Assembly: GCA_964016885.1 (NCBI GenBank)
Contig: OZ024758.1
Span: forward strand, 33,046,001 to 33,110,000
Reading direction: 5' to 3'
From: Eledone cirrhosa
Lineage: Eukaryota
DNA: 64,000 nucleotides
Position 1 is the stretch's first letter. Each line of letters opens with the position of its first letter. This document shows positions 12,320 through 25,062 of the stretch, one piece after another. Made by a program: the position numbers and the translations under genes. A model generated the notes under the pieces. That model worked only from the letters and a program-made list of their open reading frames with translations, did no database searches and was not told where the DNA came from.

Positions 12320-13158
12320 TAATTAGAGAAAGGGTCAAATTAGAAGAGATGCAGTATGGTTTTGTGCCTGGGAAAAGTACAACAGATGCCCTCTTCTTAG
12401 TGAGGCAACTACAAGAGAGGTTCTTAGAGAAGAATAAGCCACTATACTTAGCTTTTGTTGACCTAGAGACAGCCTTTGATAGGGTACCCCGATCTGTCAT
12501 CTGGTGGTCCCTAAGGAAACTAGGTGTAGAGGAATGGCTTGTGAGGACAGTGCAAGTTATGTACAGGGGTGCTGTCAGTAAAGTCAGGGTAGGAATGGAG
12601 TTTAGTGAGGAATTCCAGATACAAGGAGGAGTTCATCAGGGTTCGGTCCTCAGCCTGCTTTTGTTCGTTATAGTCCTCCAAGCCATAACAGAGGAGTTTA
12701 AGACTGGCTGCCCATGGGAACTTCTCTATGCTGATGATCTGGTTCTTATAGAAGAATCAGTAGTGAAGTTAGAAAATAAATTCTGGCTATGGAAATAGCA
12801 GTGGGAATCAAGAGGACTGAGAGTGAACCTAGCTAAGACAAAAGTGTTGATAAGTAGAAAAGAGGACAAAACCCTGATTCCGTCAGAGAAATGGCCATGT
12901 TCGATATGTAGGAAAGGAACTGGCATAAATTCCATAAAATGTACGCAATGCAGATCTTGGGTACACAAGAGATGTAGTGGGATAGCAGGCAAACTAACAG
13001 GTAGGGAGAAATACGTATGCAATAGATGTACAGGGAAAGTTGACAGTAGTAATCGCATTGATAGACACATTTTTCAAATGCAGGTGGGTTCTATAGAAGT
13101 GGTTGATAGCTTCCGGTACTTCGGTGATCAGATTAGCATGGGAGAGGGGTGTTCCGAG
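12320..13158 (+). mobile_element. RTE-clade LINE RT fragment (with internal PHD-like Cys motif), degenerate
   Basis: QYGFVPGKSTTDA...FVDLETAFD...GVHQGSVLS...LLYADD; WPCSICRKG...CTQCRSWVHKRC. Confidence 0.9.
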
Positions 13159-13518
13159 GTGTTTATATATTGTTTATATATTGTCAAAGCTCTTTCGTCA
13201 CACATCATGTCACCTCTTCAGTGACTAGGTTTTTATGTTGTGTCTCTCCTTTGTTCTGTCCTACCATTGAGGTCACAGAATGTGTGATCAAAGAGCTTTG
13301 ACAATATATAAACAACCATCTTGTTATTGAACCAACCAACCAATCAGAAATTTATAATAAATCGAAGTGAAAACCAACAGGTGCATGTGTTTTTATTGGC
13401 AGCATGACCCTCCCAAAGTATAACAATATCTGTTTCAACACGTTTTCAGATAAGAAATCTTACAAAACAAATTCAAAAACAAAGTATATATATATGTATA
13501 TGAAAAATGTATGGATAT

Positions 13519-13841
13519 GGAGGCACATGGCTTAGTGGTTAGAGCATTGGCAATCGAAAGGTTGTGAGTTCAATTCTCAGACCGGGTGATGTGACACTTT
13601 ATTTCACATTGCTCCAGTTTACTCAGCTGTAGAAATGAGATGGTAGGGACTGGGGTCCCTATCATTCCACTGCAAAGTGGACGTGGAGGTGCCACGGCAA
13701 AAAAGCACTCAGCACTCACTGTAAATGAGGTTGGTGTTAGGAAGGGCATCCAGCTGTAGAAATCAAGCCAGAATCAGTTCCCGTCCCACCCTTGCAAGCA
13801 GGGAAAAAGCAGACTTAAAACGAAATGATGATGATGATGAT
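13519..13841 (+). mobile_element. tRNA-derived SINE, family B (CORE-like), with an RTE-derived 3' tail
   Basis: TGGCTTAGTGG and GAGTTCAATTC boxes; ends CCCACCCTTGCAAGCAGGGAAAA...(GAT)n, as does the RTE at 46760. Confidence 0.75.
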
Positions 13842-13864
13842 GCATATATATATGTATGTGTGTG

Positions 13865-13904
<40 letters not shown>

Positions 13905-13909
<5 letters not shown>

Positions 13910-14825
13910 AATGAATAATAACAGGTAGACATCATATAAAGGTAATTTATTCCGAGTGCTTACAAATGTTTCAACAGTAGTTATATAGTCATGCTATGTG
14001 CAAATTGGTAATTATTTGTTTACAGAAACTCAATTTTCAAATGCTGCTTCTACTGTCTCCTCAGAGCAGAATGGTTAAAACGTAAATACCCTTGTATTTC
14101 TTAAAGAAAGTTATTGGGGTGAATAGAGTAGAAAGAGGAAGAGAGAAAGAGAGAGAGAGAGAGAGACATGTAGGGGTTGGAGAAATGGGAGAGAGTGGTT
14201 TGAAGAATACAGATAGCTTAATCAAAATGTTGTGGATAACAGTTCAGGTGGGTTGTGTAATACCCATCTCCTATTTGGTTACGTTATGCTCATCTGTTAC
14301 TAAAATATTTTGTTTTGTAGTGTTGTTTAATTGCTTTAAGTTAAGTATTTTTGTGTATGCTTCAAGGTTTGGTGCGGTGGAGTATGATAGCTTAATAGTC
14401 TTAGGGTTTAGAATTTTACTGTATTTATGGGAACTAGAGAAATGCTTGTTAATTAACTTAAAGAATGAAAGAGATAGTTTTGTACTAATCGAAGCATTAA
14501 AAATGGGATTATACCAGATATACTTTCTACAACGTAATTTATTTGAGTTTGATGATGATTTTCTATTATTAGTATGTCTGGTGGTTCTGCATGTGTGCGC
14601 TTGTATTTCTGTACCCCGGTTACATATTCTTTGATTTTGTGTAGAGCTATGTGTGTTATGGAGATTCTTATCAATGTATTCTATTGTATCCCGGAGTTTC
14701 TGCAAACAAATAATTACCAATTTGCACATAGCATGACTAGGCTGTATAACTACTGTTGAAACATTTGTAAGCACTCGGAATAAATTACCTTTTTATGATG
14801 TCTACCTGTTATTATTCATTTTTTA
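13905..14825 (-). mobile_element. Penelope-like element relic flanked by inverted pLTRs
   Basis: RKYIWYNPIFN...LINKHF...KILNPKTIKLSYSTAPNL; 13910-14030 is inverted at 14694-14822. Confidence 0.8.
13957..14068 (-). ncRNA. Type I hammerhead motif with extended stem II
   Basis: Minus strand: TGCT-CTGAGGA-GACAGTAG...CTACTGTT-GAAA-CATTTG-TA-AGCA. Confidence 0.55.
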
Positions 14826-15019
14826 TCTACACTCCGGAAACTGAGTTTCTTCAACTATTCTTCCATAACTCGTTGAGTAACCCCTCAACGTACGTCAACT
14901 CTATCTAGTGTAGTAATTAAGCATTACTGCATTCAGGATAATCCTAAGCATTTCTTGCATAACCTAATATATATATATATATATATGTACACACACACAT
15001 AAACATTATATATATAATA

Positions 15020-15312
15020 CAAAATGGAGTCATACCCAATGACTAGTGTAGCAGCATCAACTGCTACAAGGATGAAGGAAATGCTCTAAACAGAGTAAAC
15101 TATAGAGTTATTAAGTTGTTTAACCAGGTCATGAAGGTCACAGAAAGAGTTATTGCACAACTGATTTAACCTTGATTAAATGCAATTTGGATTTGTGCCA
15201 GGTAAAAGTACCATAGATGCTCTCTTCCTTGTGAGGCAACTACAGGAGAAGTAGCTAGCTAAAGGTAAACCCCTTTACTTAGCTTTTGTTGACTTGGAGA
15301 AAGCCTTTGACA
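15020..15312 (+). mobile_element. RTE RT fragment
   Basis: Homologous to the start of 12320 (QFGFVPGKSTIDA...VDLEKAFD). Confidence 0.7.
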
Positions 15313-15316
15313 GTAG

Positions 15317-15706
15317 TCATGTAGGTGTCATGACAAAAAGCACCCAGCCCACGTTGTAAGGTGGTTGTGTAGGTGTCATGACAAAAAGTGCCAAGCCCAC
15401 ACTGTAAAGTGGTTGTGTAGGTGTCATGGCAAAAAGCACCCAGCCCACACTGTAAAGTGGTTGTGTAGGTATCATGGCAAAAAGCACCCAGCCCACACTG
15501 TAAAGTGGTTGTATAGGTGTCATGACAAAAAGCACACTTACATACTGTAAGGTGGTTGGCATTAGGAAGGGCATCCAGCCATAGAAACCAAGCCAAAAAC
15601 AGTTCTGTATGAGCCAGACATGGTCACCTGACTTGGCTTGTCTCAATGGGACATGTATAACCCATGCTAGCATGGAAAATGGACGTTAAACGATGATGGT
15701 GATGAT
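15317..15706 (+). mobile_element. RTE-tailed non-autonomous repeat with an internal 48-bp tandem (~4.5 units)
   Basis: GTGTCATGACAAAAAGCACCCAGCCCACACTGTAAAGTGGTTGTGTAG repeated; ends CATGCTAGCATGGAAAATGGACGTTAAACGATGATG. Confidence 0.75.
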
Positions 15707-16571
15707 GGTATGTATATAAGGCACTCAATGGAGATATCTAATAACAATAGCATTATTATCTATAGATGATTTGTCTCATTTTGTTTGATTTTTAATGTAA
15801 TTAAATTTTAGAAATAGATCTGATACATTTTGTGTTCTCTCGATATATATTTCTTTTACATTGTTTTTTTAAAAATTATTATTATTATTATTAGTAGTAG
15901 GAGTAGTAGTAGTAGTAGTAGTAGTATTAAATGTTATTTATTTCTTATTTTCAAATAATTAGAAAGAAAATAAAACAAGACAAGTAGAGAGGGAAAGTGA
16001 TATGAAAGCAAAGCTAAAAACTGACTGGGCGAGGTGAGGGAGATGGACAAACTCTCTCTGTTCTATAAATAACATTTTATCTTTGAAAACGTAAATTATA
16101 TTTTTGATAAAACCTCATAAGGAGAAAAATGGAAAAAAAAAATTCTTAAGAAAGTGATGAATGTTTCATTGTCAATATAAAAAAATATTTTTTACATCTG
16201 AAATTAAATTAGCAAATTATTACAGTTTGAAATGTTCAATTTGCTATATATGAATTCAGTGTCAACTACAGGGATTTGCTCCAGAGAGAGCTACTACTTC
16301 TCTGGACATGTGGTTAGCATGTTTAAAGAAAAAGAATCAGGACAGATTTTTACAGGGAGAGCCAACCAATGAGAAACCCAGAGGTACTCAACAAGCAAGA
16401 TGGTTGGATAACATCCATAAGTTCAGTTAACCACGCTTGCAGATCCAGCCAGATCATTTGGAGATGGTTGCTTGCGTTAATACTTTGTGGGAGGTGTGTT
16501 TGAGGACTCTGCTTTTGCCTTTCACAAATAAGTAGACAAAGGAGGAGGAAGGGGAGGAGGAAATAGCCTAT

Positions 16572-16762
16572 AATTGCTTCTGCTTTTGGCATAAGGCCAG
16601 CAATTATCCCAGTGTATTACAGGTACTTTATTTTATCGACCCCGTAAGAATGAAAGACAAAGTTAACCTCGGCGGGATTTGAACTCAGAATGGCAAGGGC
16701 CGTAACTCTTTGCTGCAAAGCATGGCGTCAGAGCCTCTACCGATACTGCCATCCACCAGCCT
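16572..16762 (-). mobile_element. SINE family A copy
   Basis: Reverse complement of the family A consensus. Confidence 0.8.
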
Positions 16763-17611
16763 ATAAATATAATGAGCCCCTTCAACATAACATCCACAGG
16801 TTGATGATTTGGATTCATTGGTCTTCTAATATTCATTAATATAGCTTATTCTTTAATTTTATTTGGGAAGGGGGGAGTGGGTGGCTCTTGCCAACCTCAC
16901 CTGGGATCCAATTCTTGAAACCATTTCAACTCATACTGTGACACTTGCATATGATGATGGCTTTGAAAAAAATCACAAGATGTGGTTGAAATACTATAAT
17001 ATCAAGATAAAATTGCATGGTCTTTTATAGAAGCTTGTGCAAGGTCATAGAAGTAGAGGTTGTCCAGAGGAAATTTAACAGATCTTGGAGTGATAATGCT
17101 AGATCGAGACAAAGGGAAAGAGTACTGTTGATTGGACCGAGGAAACTCGACTGGTGAGAGCATGACAAGAAGAGAATACAGAAATTCCAGCAACACCACA
17201 TAAAGTGTTGGCTCTTATAGAGGAATGACTACACTGTAAAGTCATTGTGTTGGTAACATGACAAAAAGCGGCCAGACTACACTGTAAATGTGGTTGGCAT
17301 TAGGAAGGGCATTCAGCCGTAGAAACCATGCCAGAAACAGTTCTGACCTGCCTTGACTCAAATGGGACAACCTGTCTAATCCATGCTAGCATGGAAAAAT
17401 GGACATTAAACAATGTTAATGATGAAGACACTAATCGTGAATGTAACATAAAATTACAAGAGGCATTTATAATGAGCTGAGTTCTTACACTAAGCACTAC
17501 AAAGAGATGATGCATCATAAATATCAAATAACTATGTATAAGTTCTTCACCACTCAAGCAGATGTTGATGATGAACTTATAAGAGAGAGGATAGTGTACC
17601 ATAACATCCTG

Positions 17612-17735
17612 GTAAGTGTACCTTATCCTTGTAGTAAGTGTACCTTATCCTTGTAGTAAGTGTATCTTATCCCCATAGTAAGTGTATCTTATCCCCATAG
17701 TAAGTGTATCTTATCCTCATAGTAAGTGTATTTTA
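17612..17735. repeat. 22-bp minisatellite, ~5.5 units
   Basis: GTAAGTGTACCTTATCCTTGTA tandem. Confidence 0.85.
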
Positions 17736-18446
17736 TTCTCTTAGTAACTTCCATTACACCACACCCCCTCACACAGCAGCCATCTTTTGTATTGAAAACA
17801 TATGTAACCTTAAACATTCTAATGTATTCCGATGTATTTCTCTTCAAATGTTTTTTTTGTCCGTCCCCCTTTTTTATGCCCCCATACTGTACTATATTTT
17901 TTTTAGATTGATATTATCATGAAAGTGGATGTATTGTTTTGTTTGTTCTGTTTTTTTTCCTTCAAAAAATTCCATCAGAATGCATCTCAATTTATAACAT
18001 GAAAATCAATGGAAAAATAAATTCCACTTTACAGCAAGATTTTCAGAAATGCATTACTTCTGTCATGTGAGGCATTCCTGTAGAGGTAATACACGAGGGT
18101 GGGCTGGAAAGTTTATAGGTGGAGTATGAAGAAGTGATGCTAGAGCTATGAAATATTTCATGCATATTAAACCGGTCATATCCAGCCAGAACTCTCTCAC
18201 CTCTTTCTGTTTAAACCAGCTGTAACTGGCCGCTCATACCAACATTAAGGTATTGTTCTCAAAATAAATAACATCAAAATCTCGTAGATTCGATATTTAT
18301 TGTGAAAATGGCAATGGACGAAAAAATGCGAGGATAATTTACCAAAGATATTGGCAGTGAAATAAATGGAACTGTTCAGATTTTTTTTTCAATGTGGAAG
18401 ATTATGTAATGAAGTGTGAAAATATTAGAAGTGAAATGAAAAAGGA

Positions 18447-18740
18447 AATAACGTCCAAGACATTTGTATCACTTCTAGATAAATTTTTTTGGATTTCTTA
18501 ACAATGATACTTCCAGTTATGAAATAACGTAAGTTCACCAACCTCAATAATTTTCAAAATGAGCGTAAATAACACTACAATCCATTACCAGAATAACGTC
18601 CAAGACATTTGTATCACTTCTAGATAAATGTTTCTGTAACTTCTCAACAATGATACTTCCAATGATGAAATAACGTTAGTTCAGTAACTTCAGTAATTTT
18701 CAAAATGAGAGTAAATAACTCAACAGTTCATTACCAAAAT
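18447..18740. repeat. ~145-bp tandem duplication; a third partial copy follows the SINE at ~18941
   Basis: AATAACGTCCAAGACATTTGTATCACTTCTAGATAAA at 18447 and 18592. Confidence 0.8.
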
Positions 18741-18930
18741 AATTGTTTCTACTTTTGGCACAAGGCCAGCAATTATCACAGTGCATTACTGGTACTTTAT
18801 TTTATTGATCCCATAAGGATGAAAAGCAAAGTTAACCTTGGTGGGATTTGAACTCAGAACGTAAAGAGCCGTAGCTATGCTGCGAAGCAAGGTGTCCGAC
18901 GCTCTACCGATTCTGCCAATCCACCGCCCT
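18740..18930 (-). mobile_element. SINE family A with a ~17-bp TSD
   Basis: Flanks TTCATTACCAAAATAAT / TTCATTAACAAAATAAT. Confidence 0.85.
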
Positions 18931-19349
18931 TCATTAACAAAATAATGTCCAAGACATTTGTAAGAGCCAATGACTCAGCTTCTTCAGTCAATGAAAGCAT
19001 TGGAGCTTCACTCACAGAAGTTGATTCAGCAGCCAGCTTGACAGCCGAAATAAGTAGCAGTAACAACTATCAATACCATTAACAATAGGAAGGCAATGAC
19101 AGCAACAGTGACAACAATACCAGCAACAACATATATTTCCAGGATTTATAGATTCATTTTTAGCAACATAATTCTATGAGAAACTGTTAACATGCTCACA
19201 TATATACATACAGATCTCCAAAATTTTCCACTGGGAACAACACCTGGTTTTACTTAGCCACCTATTTATTAATTTTTTTTTTCGTATGTCCCCCTCCATA
19301 CCCCACCCCCTTTTTTCTGTCTTGTTTTCTGTTGCCCCCAAATCTGCTG

Positions 19350-22150
19350 TAGGTGGGCTATGAGGCCTTATTAACATCATCACCCTGCCCACATCCACCT
19401 GACTCCATTTTTTCCCCTTACACCCACATATCGCTGAGCCTAACACCCAGGCTGGTGACAACCAGCCACTCGCCCTTGATGCCACTTAGCGCTCCAGTCC
19501 CCGGCTCCACACTCCACCCTCCATCCCCACCAGTCGAGACCTGCAGCACTTGCAGCACCACGAACAGGCAGAAGAGAGGCTGGAACTGTTCGGGGTGTGA
19601 CTGTTTCCACCACCTTACTTGTGTTGGCTTGATGTATCGAGCCTCCAGTGCCATCGCAGCATGGAGATGCAGCAACTGACTCTTCCCCTCATCTGCTCAG
19701 CCGTGGCCATCTGGCACACCACCAGATGAGACAGCGAGCCTCATTGGTCAACATCACTCGGCTCCGGAAGATTCCGCTCAAGATCCCGAGAGCAGCCCGG
19801 GTGCCAGTAACCAATGAACTCGCTTCATCAATTGAGAGGGCCCTTTAAGCCAGTGACTGGGCACACCTCTTTTATTTCACCCCACTCGCCTCCCCAATTC
19901 TGGCGCTGACCGAGGCGGCCTGTCAACAACTGCTTTTGTCAAGGCCAATGTTTCGTCCTTTGGGCAAGTATCCAAGGAGACTATACCCTTGGGTGTCTTC
20001 AATCCTCCACCCAAGGCCAGCGCAAAGCGTTTCCGTGACTGCGTAAATGCTAAACTAATCGAGGGTGATGTCTCGACTGCAGTCAGAGTGGTTGGCTCGG
20101 AGGACACTGTCCTCCAACCCACCAAGGAGGTCTTGGCTGCTCTGTGTTTCCATCACCCTCAGCTGCCCGCCGACCTCAGATGTCTACCACCACCTGATTC
20201 TCACTTGCTCTTTGTGGGTTCCGACACAGACATCATGTCTGCCACCATGTCCTTCCCAGCCAGCAGCACGGAGGTACTGATCGCCTCCGACCTGGCCACC
20301 TCAAGGAGTTATCCCCCTTCTCTGCTGAGGCCAGGCACCACCTTTTGAGCACAATTGTGGCACTCACTAATTGGTTTACTCATGGCACCCTAGACCCTCA
20401 CCCCTGAGGTCTCTTTGTTTTGGCCAGCCTAACCACTCTCAGGAAGGAGGGTGGCATACATACAACCAGACACTTTTTCAACAACTGCCCACCGGAACCG
20501 GCATCCAGGCAGCTCATTGTCAAGCTTGAGATGAGGAATGATTTTAACTGACTACTCCGTGCCTCAGCCGAGCCCCCTCTGCCTACCCGCTGGCCTACCT
20601 GTCATATGGAACCCTGAGCATGCTCCTTGCTGGGGTCCAACAGAGTGATCCTTTGGGACCACATTGCTCAGAATATCATGGCCCCTCTCAAAGTTGGTAC
20701 CTGGATGATGCTACATTGGGTGGGCCTGTGGAGACTTTCTGTCGCGACCTGCGGATGGTGGTTCCTGCTCTGGCAAAATCGGCCTCGAGGTCAACTCATC
20801 CGAGTCAGAGGTGGTGAATGTCAACAACGGTGCTGAGAGCTTTGCAGCATCTGTCTCGGACATGCGGTCTATTCTTTTCCAGGTACAGGTGACCCCTAAA
20901 GAGGATGTCCTCATCCTCGGGTCACTGATCCACCCGCCAGTCAACCGCTCCACCATCAGGTCTAGGCTCCAGCAACTGAAGACCTTCATGAGCAGAGTGG
21001 TCATGACTGACACCCATCCAGCACTCTTCCTGTTGAGGAACTGCTTCGCCATGCCAAAGCTCCTCTATACCCTTCGTAGCGCTCCGTGCTACAGCCACGC
21101 ATCTTTCCTTGCTGACCTCGACACTTGTATCCCAGCGGCAACTGAGGAGATATGCAACGTCAGGTTTGACGACTTTGGATGACAACAGGCCACTTTACAT
21201 ATCAGATATGGTGGCCTTGGCCTCTGGTGCCTGATCTCAGTGGCTTTGCCGGTGTTTCTTTCATTGGTAACCTCATCAATAAGGTTCTCCTAAATGGAAT
21301 CCCCTATGAGTGAGGAACATGAGGCCACCTGCGATACGTGGAACTGGCTTGGACTTAGCCCAGTAAACGTCCCTCCTCCTCCTCTCCTTGCTGATGTCAA
21401 GTCTCCCCAGAGCATATGGGCTGCCATCCAGTGCAACCTGGCCTCAGACAGGCCAGCACACCAGCTCGACCAGCAACGCCTCACATGATTTCGCACAGCC
21501 TCGCAACCCCACAGTGGTACCTGGATCAATGACTTAACCTCCTTCTCTACTGGCGGATAATGATAGTCTGCACATCGAGGTTTACCTGAGGCTTGGCCTC
21601 CGGATCTGCGAACCACACAAATGTTGCTGTGGATCCACTGTGGACTCTTTCAGCCTCTACCCGCTTTCCGGTTACTACAGTGCCGGTCGCCTTCCACACT
21701 GTGCTGCTCAACGAAGTCATAAAACATGACTTGGATGCTGCAGGCTTCCTCGCCCAGCTCAAGCCAGTGAGGCTGGACCGAGGGGACAGCAAATGACTAG
21801 ACGACACAACCATCTTCTCATTCCACGGTGATAAACTCCTCGTCTGGGATGCCACTTGCAGCAACATATTTTCCAACGGCAACCTGGTGCAGTCTGCGAC
21901 TAACCCAGGTTCTGCTGCACTTCAGGCTGAGGAAAGTAAACTCTCCAAGTATCGGTCGCCTTTCTAACAGGTTTGCAGTCGAGCCCCTAGCTGTGGAGAC
22001 TTCTGGTGTCTTTGGCCCTAGGACTACCTCCCTACTTACCACCGTAGGTGCTGAGTGGCTAGCGGCAGGTGAGAGTCTCGCAAGATGGAATGGCTCTTCC
22101 AGTTCATCTCATTTACCATCCTCCGGAGAAATGCCATCTCCATTATGTAA
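19350..22150 (+). mobile_element. Degenerate CRE-clade non-LTR retrotransposon (PHD-like finger, RT, restriction-like endonuclease)
   Basis: CSTC...CSGCDCFHHLTC...WRC; GVQQSDPLG; WYLDDATLGG; ALFLLRNCFAMPKLLYTLRSAP; YGGLGL; LVWDATC; PLAVETSGVFG; ILRRNAISIM-stop; many frameshifts. Confidence 0.8.
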
Positions 22151-23216
22151 ATACTAAAGGGTTAAATTAATGCAGGAAAATGATCAAGCAAAAAGTGGGC
22201 TTTTGCATGGTGAAAATGGTCAAATTGTGTTTGTTGCCCCTTCCACGGAGCTCTTTTGGTCATTCCATGAGAATATCTTGGTCAGCCTATGAACTTTCAG
22301 CTCATCCGTGTACTGATTTTTGTTTTTAGTACTGATTTTAAGAATTTCATACAGAGTCTAAAATTATACAAAATCTGATTGAAAATACGATTTGTTTTTT
22401 TTTCACCCTTGTAGTGCAGTTTGTTTGAATTCTTTAAAAATACCCATCAGCACTGAATTAAATTTTGATAAATTATAAACACTTTTCAGAAAATGTGATT
22501 GTGCTTCAACATAATTTGCATAGTAGGGCTAACATAGTACTTGGTTTGACACCACCATTTTGTACTTGACTACTTTTACTGAAAATCATTCTTTGCAATC
22601 ATTTAGACCAGTGGTCGAAATGATGTCACTAAGATTAAGTTTTAAGATGTGAAAAATACAAACTGAATTTCATTTGAAAGTTCAAATATAAGCTGTCAAA
22701 GTGTCAAGTAAAGTTTAGTAACAAGATTTGTTAAAAATAGCACAATCTGTCAACTGTGTTAAAGAATGAGAGGTAGTTTGTATGTTCAGTTGACCAGGGA
22801 AGTTGACCAGAAGAAACTTTTAACCCTATGTTATATTAACATGTATAAAAAACTCTTTTGAATAAATTTTCAAATTTATGGTAAAAAGTGCAGCAGCATA
22901 TTTTTACTTTTGCAAAAGTGTGCTAAGCATAAAAACGGTTTGGGAACCACTTATTTAGACAATATCCTTTTTATCCCTGCATTTACCAGCAGATGTCCAT
23001 GCTAGATATCAACCACATCAATCAATCCAAGAAAGATCACAAAAGACATAAACAATGCTTTGACTAACTTTAAACAAAAAGCTGTTGTGAGGAATATTTA
23101 ACACTGCTCTATAGACAAATACTGACAGATAGGTACTGATCACCTTGTTATTTGCAATATATTTTCAATTGCTCATCTGTCATATTTCTTATTCTAAGTA
23201 TTTATACTTGGGCGAC

Positions 23217-23480
23217 CAGGAATGGTACTACATAGGTTCTATATCAAAAAAATTCAGGAAACGCTGGTATATGTATGCATTGGCACACGCTGGTCAATAA
23301 AATCTGGCAGCTTGTGGATAACAAAGAAGATTACAAAATAAGCTGGTCTAAATTATCTAATGCCAGGGCTTACACACACGGGATGTCCCACTGCAAATTA
23401 TGTAATATCGAATTACTCCATATTTTACAAATTACTAAATAACAAGATTGAACTGACAATTTACTGCCGGCACATATACC
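23217..23480 (+). mobile_element. Penelope-like GIY-YIG endonuclease C-terminal relic
   Basis: Manual translation with frameshifts: WYYIGSISKKFRKRW...WSKLSNARAY...CKLCNIE...LLNNKIELTIYCRH. Confidence 0.7.
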
Positions 23481-23887
23481 CCAACACATTCATAAACTAC
23501 AAAGCAAAATAGATGAGATTCGATCCAATACTCTGATTGTTTGTATAAACACTACAATTTCCCAGACTTATAACATTTGAAAACTAGGCACCAATAGATA
23601 AACATCTCTCTGATCTCTCTAAAAGGACACAACATTACAATACCTATCTTGCAAACATAGCCATTTGTCTACCATTAACTGCAATAAAACAATTAAACAA
23701 AGTATAAGCAAAATACTTAAAAGGGAAAATCACCCTCCAACGACATCGAAAGACGAACTCTTAACCAATCAGATGCAAGAGTAGCTGACAATCTAAAGAC
23801 ACCTACATTAAATACAAATTCTCTCTCAGTACACAACCTTCTATATTTCCTTCGTCCTCTGGTATCAGTTATTGATTTATTATTACT

Positions 23888-24910
23888 ATTTTCATTCTCT
23901 CTTATCAGCGTCACCGCTCCCCTGCTCACAGAATTGGGAATACTCCCATTCTGCTGCCAGTTGCAGTAGAGTTCTTAATATTGGCCAACGTAGCCAATAA
24001 GAGTAGGAAGTTTAAATGTCTGTGGCCTGGGGTCACCCTGGAAGCGGGGTCACCCTGGAAGCAGAGTCGCCTGCTCAACGACCTCAGGTCTCTGGAAATG
24101 GATGAGATTGCCGTCAGCGAGACCAGGGTTTCCAACACGCGCGCACTAGCCCCCATTTTCGATGACTATCAGATCTTCGCATCTGTTAGCAGGCTGGGAA
24201 TAGGAGGTGGAGTAGCAGTGCTGTTTAGGAAAGGCCTGGATCTTGAGGTAAGGGCGATCTTCACGGACCCGGACGGTAAGTTGGTGGTCTTGGAAGTGAA
24301 AAATAGCGAAGGTGTTGCTTTTAAACTGCTGGCCGTCTACACCCCTACCGGATTTCCCCAATGTGCCAGTGTGGACATGGACCAACCACATAGGTTCATC
24401 TAGATCGTATATACACAGGATCTTCGTAAGGAAAATAGATAGAAATAGTATAGGCTGCCTACTTTTTAAAATGGTCGCCTATTCAGATCACAAATTTATG
24501 ATCTGTATGGTCGACCTAGATAAAACGCGTAGGTTAGGACCTGGTTACTGGAAGCTGAACATGTCATTTCCGGCACGTAACGCTTACAGGGACCGGGTCA
24601 ACAATTTAGTTAAGCAAAAGTTGACAGGAGGGATCGTCAACAACAGATGGTGAGGGGCTCTCAAAAGAGATTTAAGTAACTTTGATAGGGGTTAGCAAAG
24701 AAGTAGCGTTAGAGAAAAATAAAAAGGAGGGGGAGCTGGTAGATAAGTTAGATGAGGCTATTTGTAGTGGCATTGCAACTGACGTGCTAGTGGCGAGAAT
24801 GGCATTAGACCATTTCTTCAATGAGAAACACGAAGGTTGCATTGTCAGAGCTGAGGCACATGCTCTGAGAAAGGAAGGAACCAAAGCTGTTCGATGGGCC
24901 CGTGTGGCCG
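23888..24910 (+). mobile_element. Degenerate relative of the Tx1 element: ORF2 N-terminus/APE on +, preceded by an inverted RT snippet (23888-23966)
   Basis: LLNDLRSL...VAVLFRK...DPDGKLVVL, SRSY, SDHK, GPGYWKLN and HEGCIVR match ORF2 at 38493; 23926-23966 is the reverse complement of 39938-39980. Confidence 0.85.
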
Positions 24911-25024
24911 TGTACGCATCAGTTTAGCGGAATTCAGGCTGTTCAGTTTGTTTACAAACGAACAAAGCGGGCGCTATAATAAGCGTCCGCTAAACTGATG
25001 CGTACATATATGTATGTGTACCTG

Positions 25025-25062
<38 letters not shown>

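Larger units (their letters stand above)
18092..22312. mobile_element. Split mariner-like MITE (left end 18092-18166, right end ~22255-22312) with nested inserts; related copies at ~31065-31380 and ~43975-44150
   Basis: CACGAGGGTGGGCTGGAAAGTTTATAGG at the left end; GTCAGCCTATGAACTTTCAGCTCATCCGTG-TA at the right end. Confidence 0.6.

Noticed and set aside
18960-19140. Ser/Ala-rich stretch as a host exon
   Set aside because: Short, ends in a stop codon, no convincing splice sites or recognisable domain
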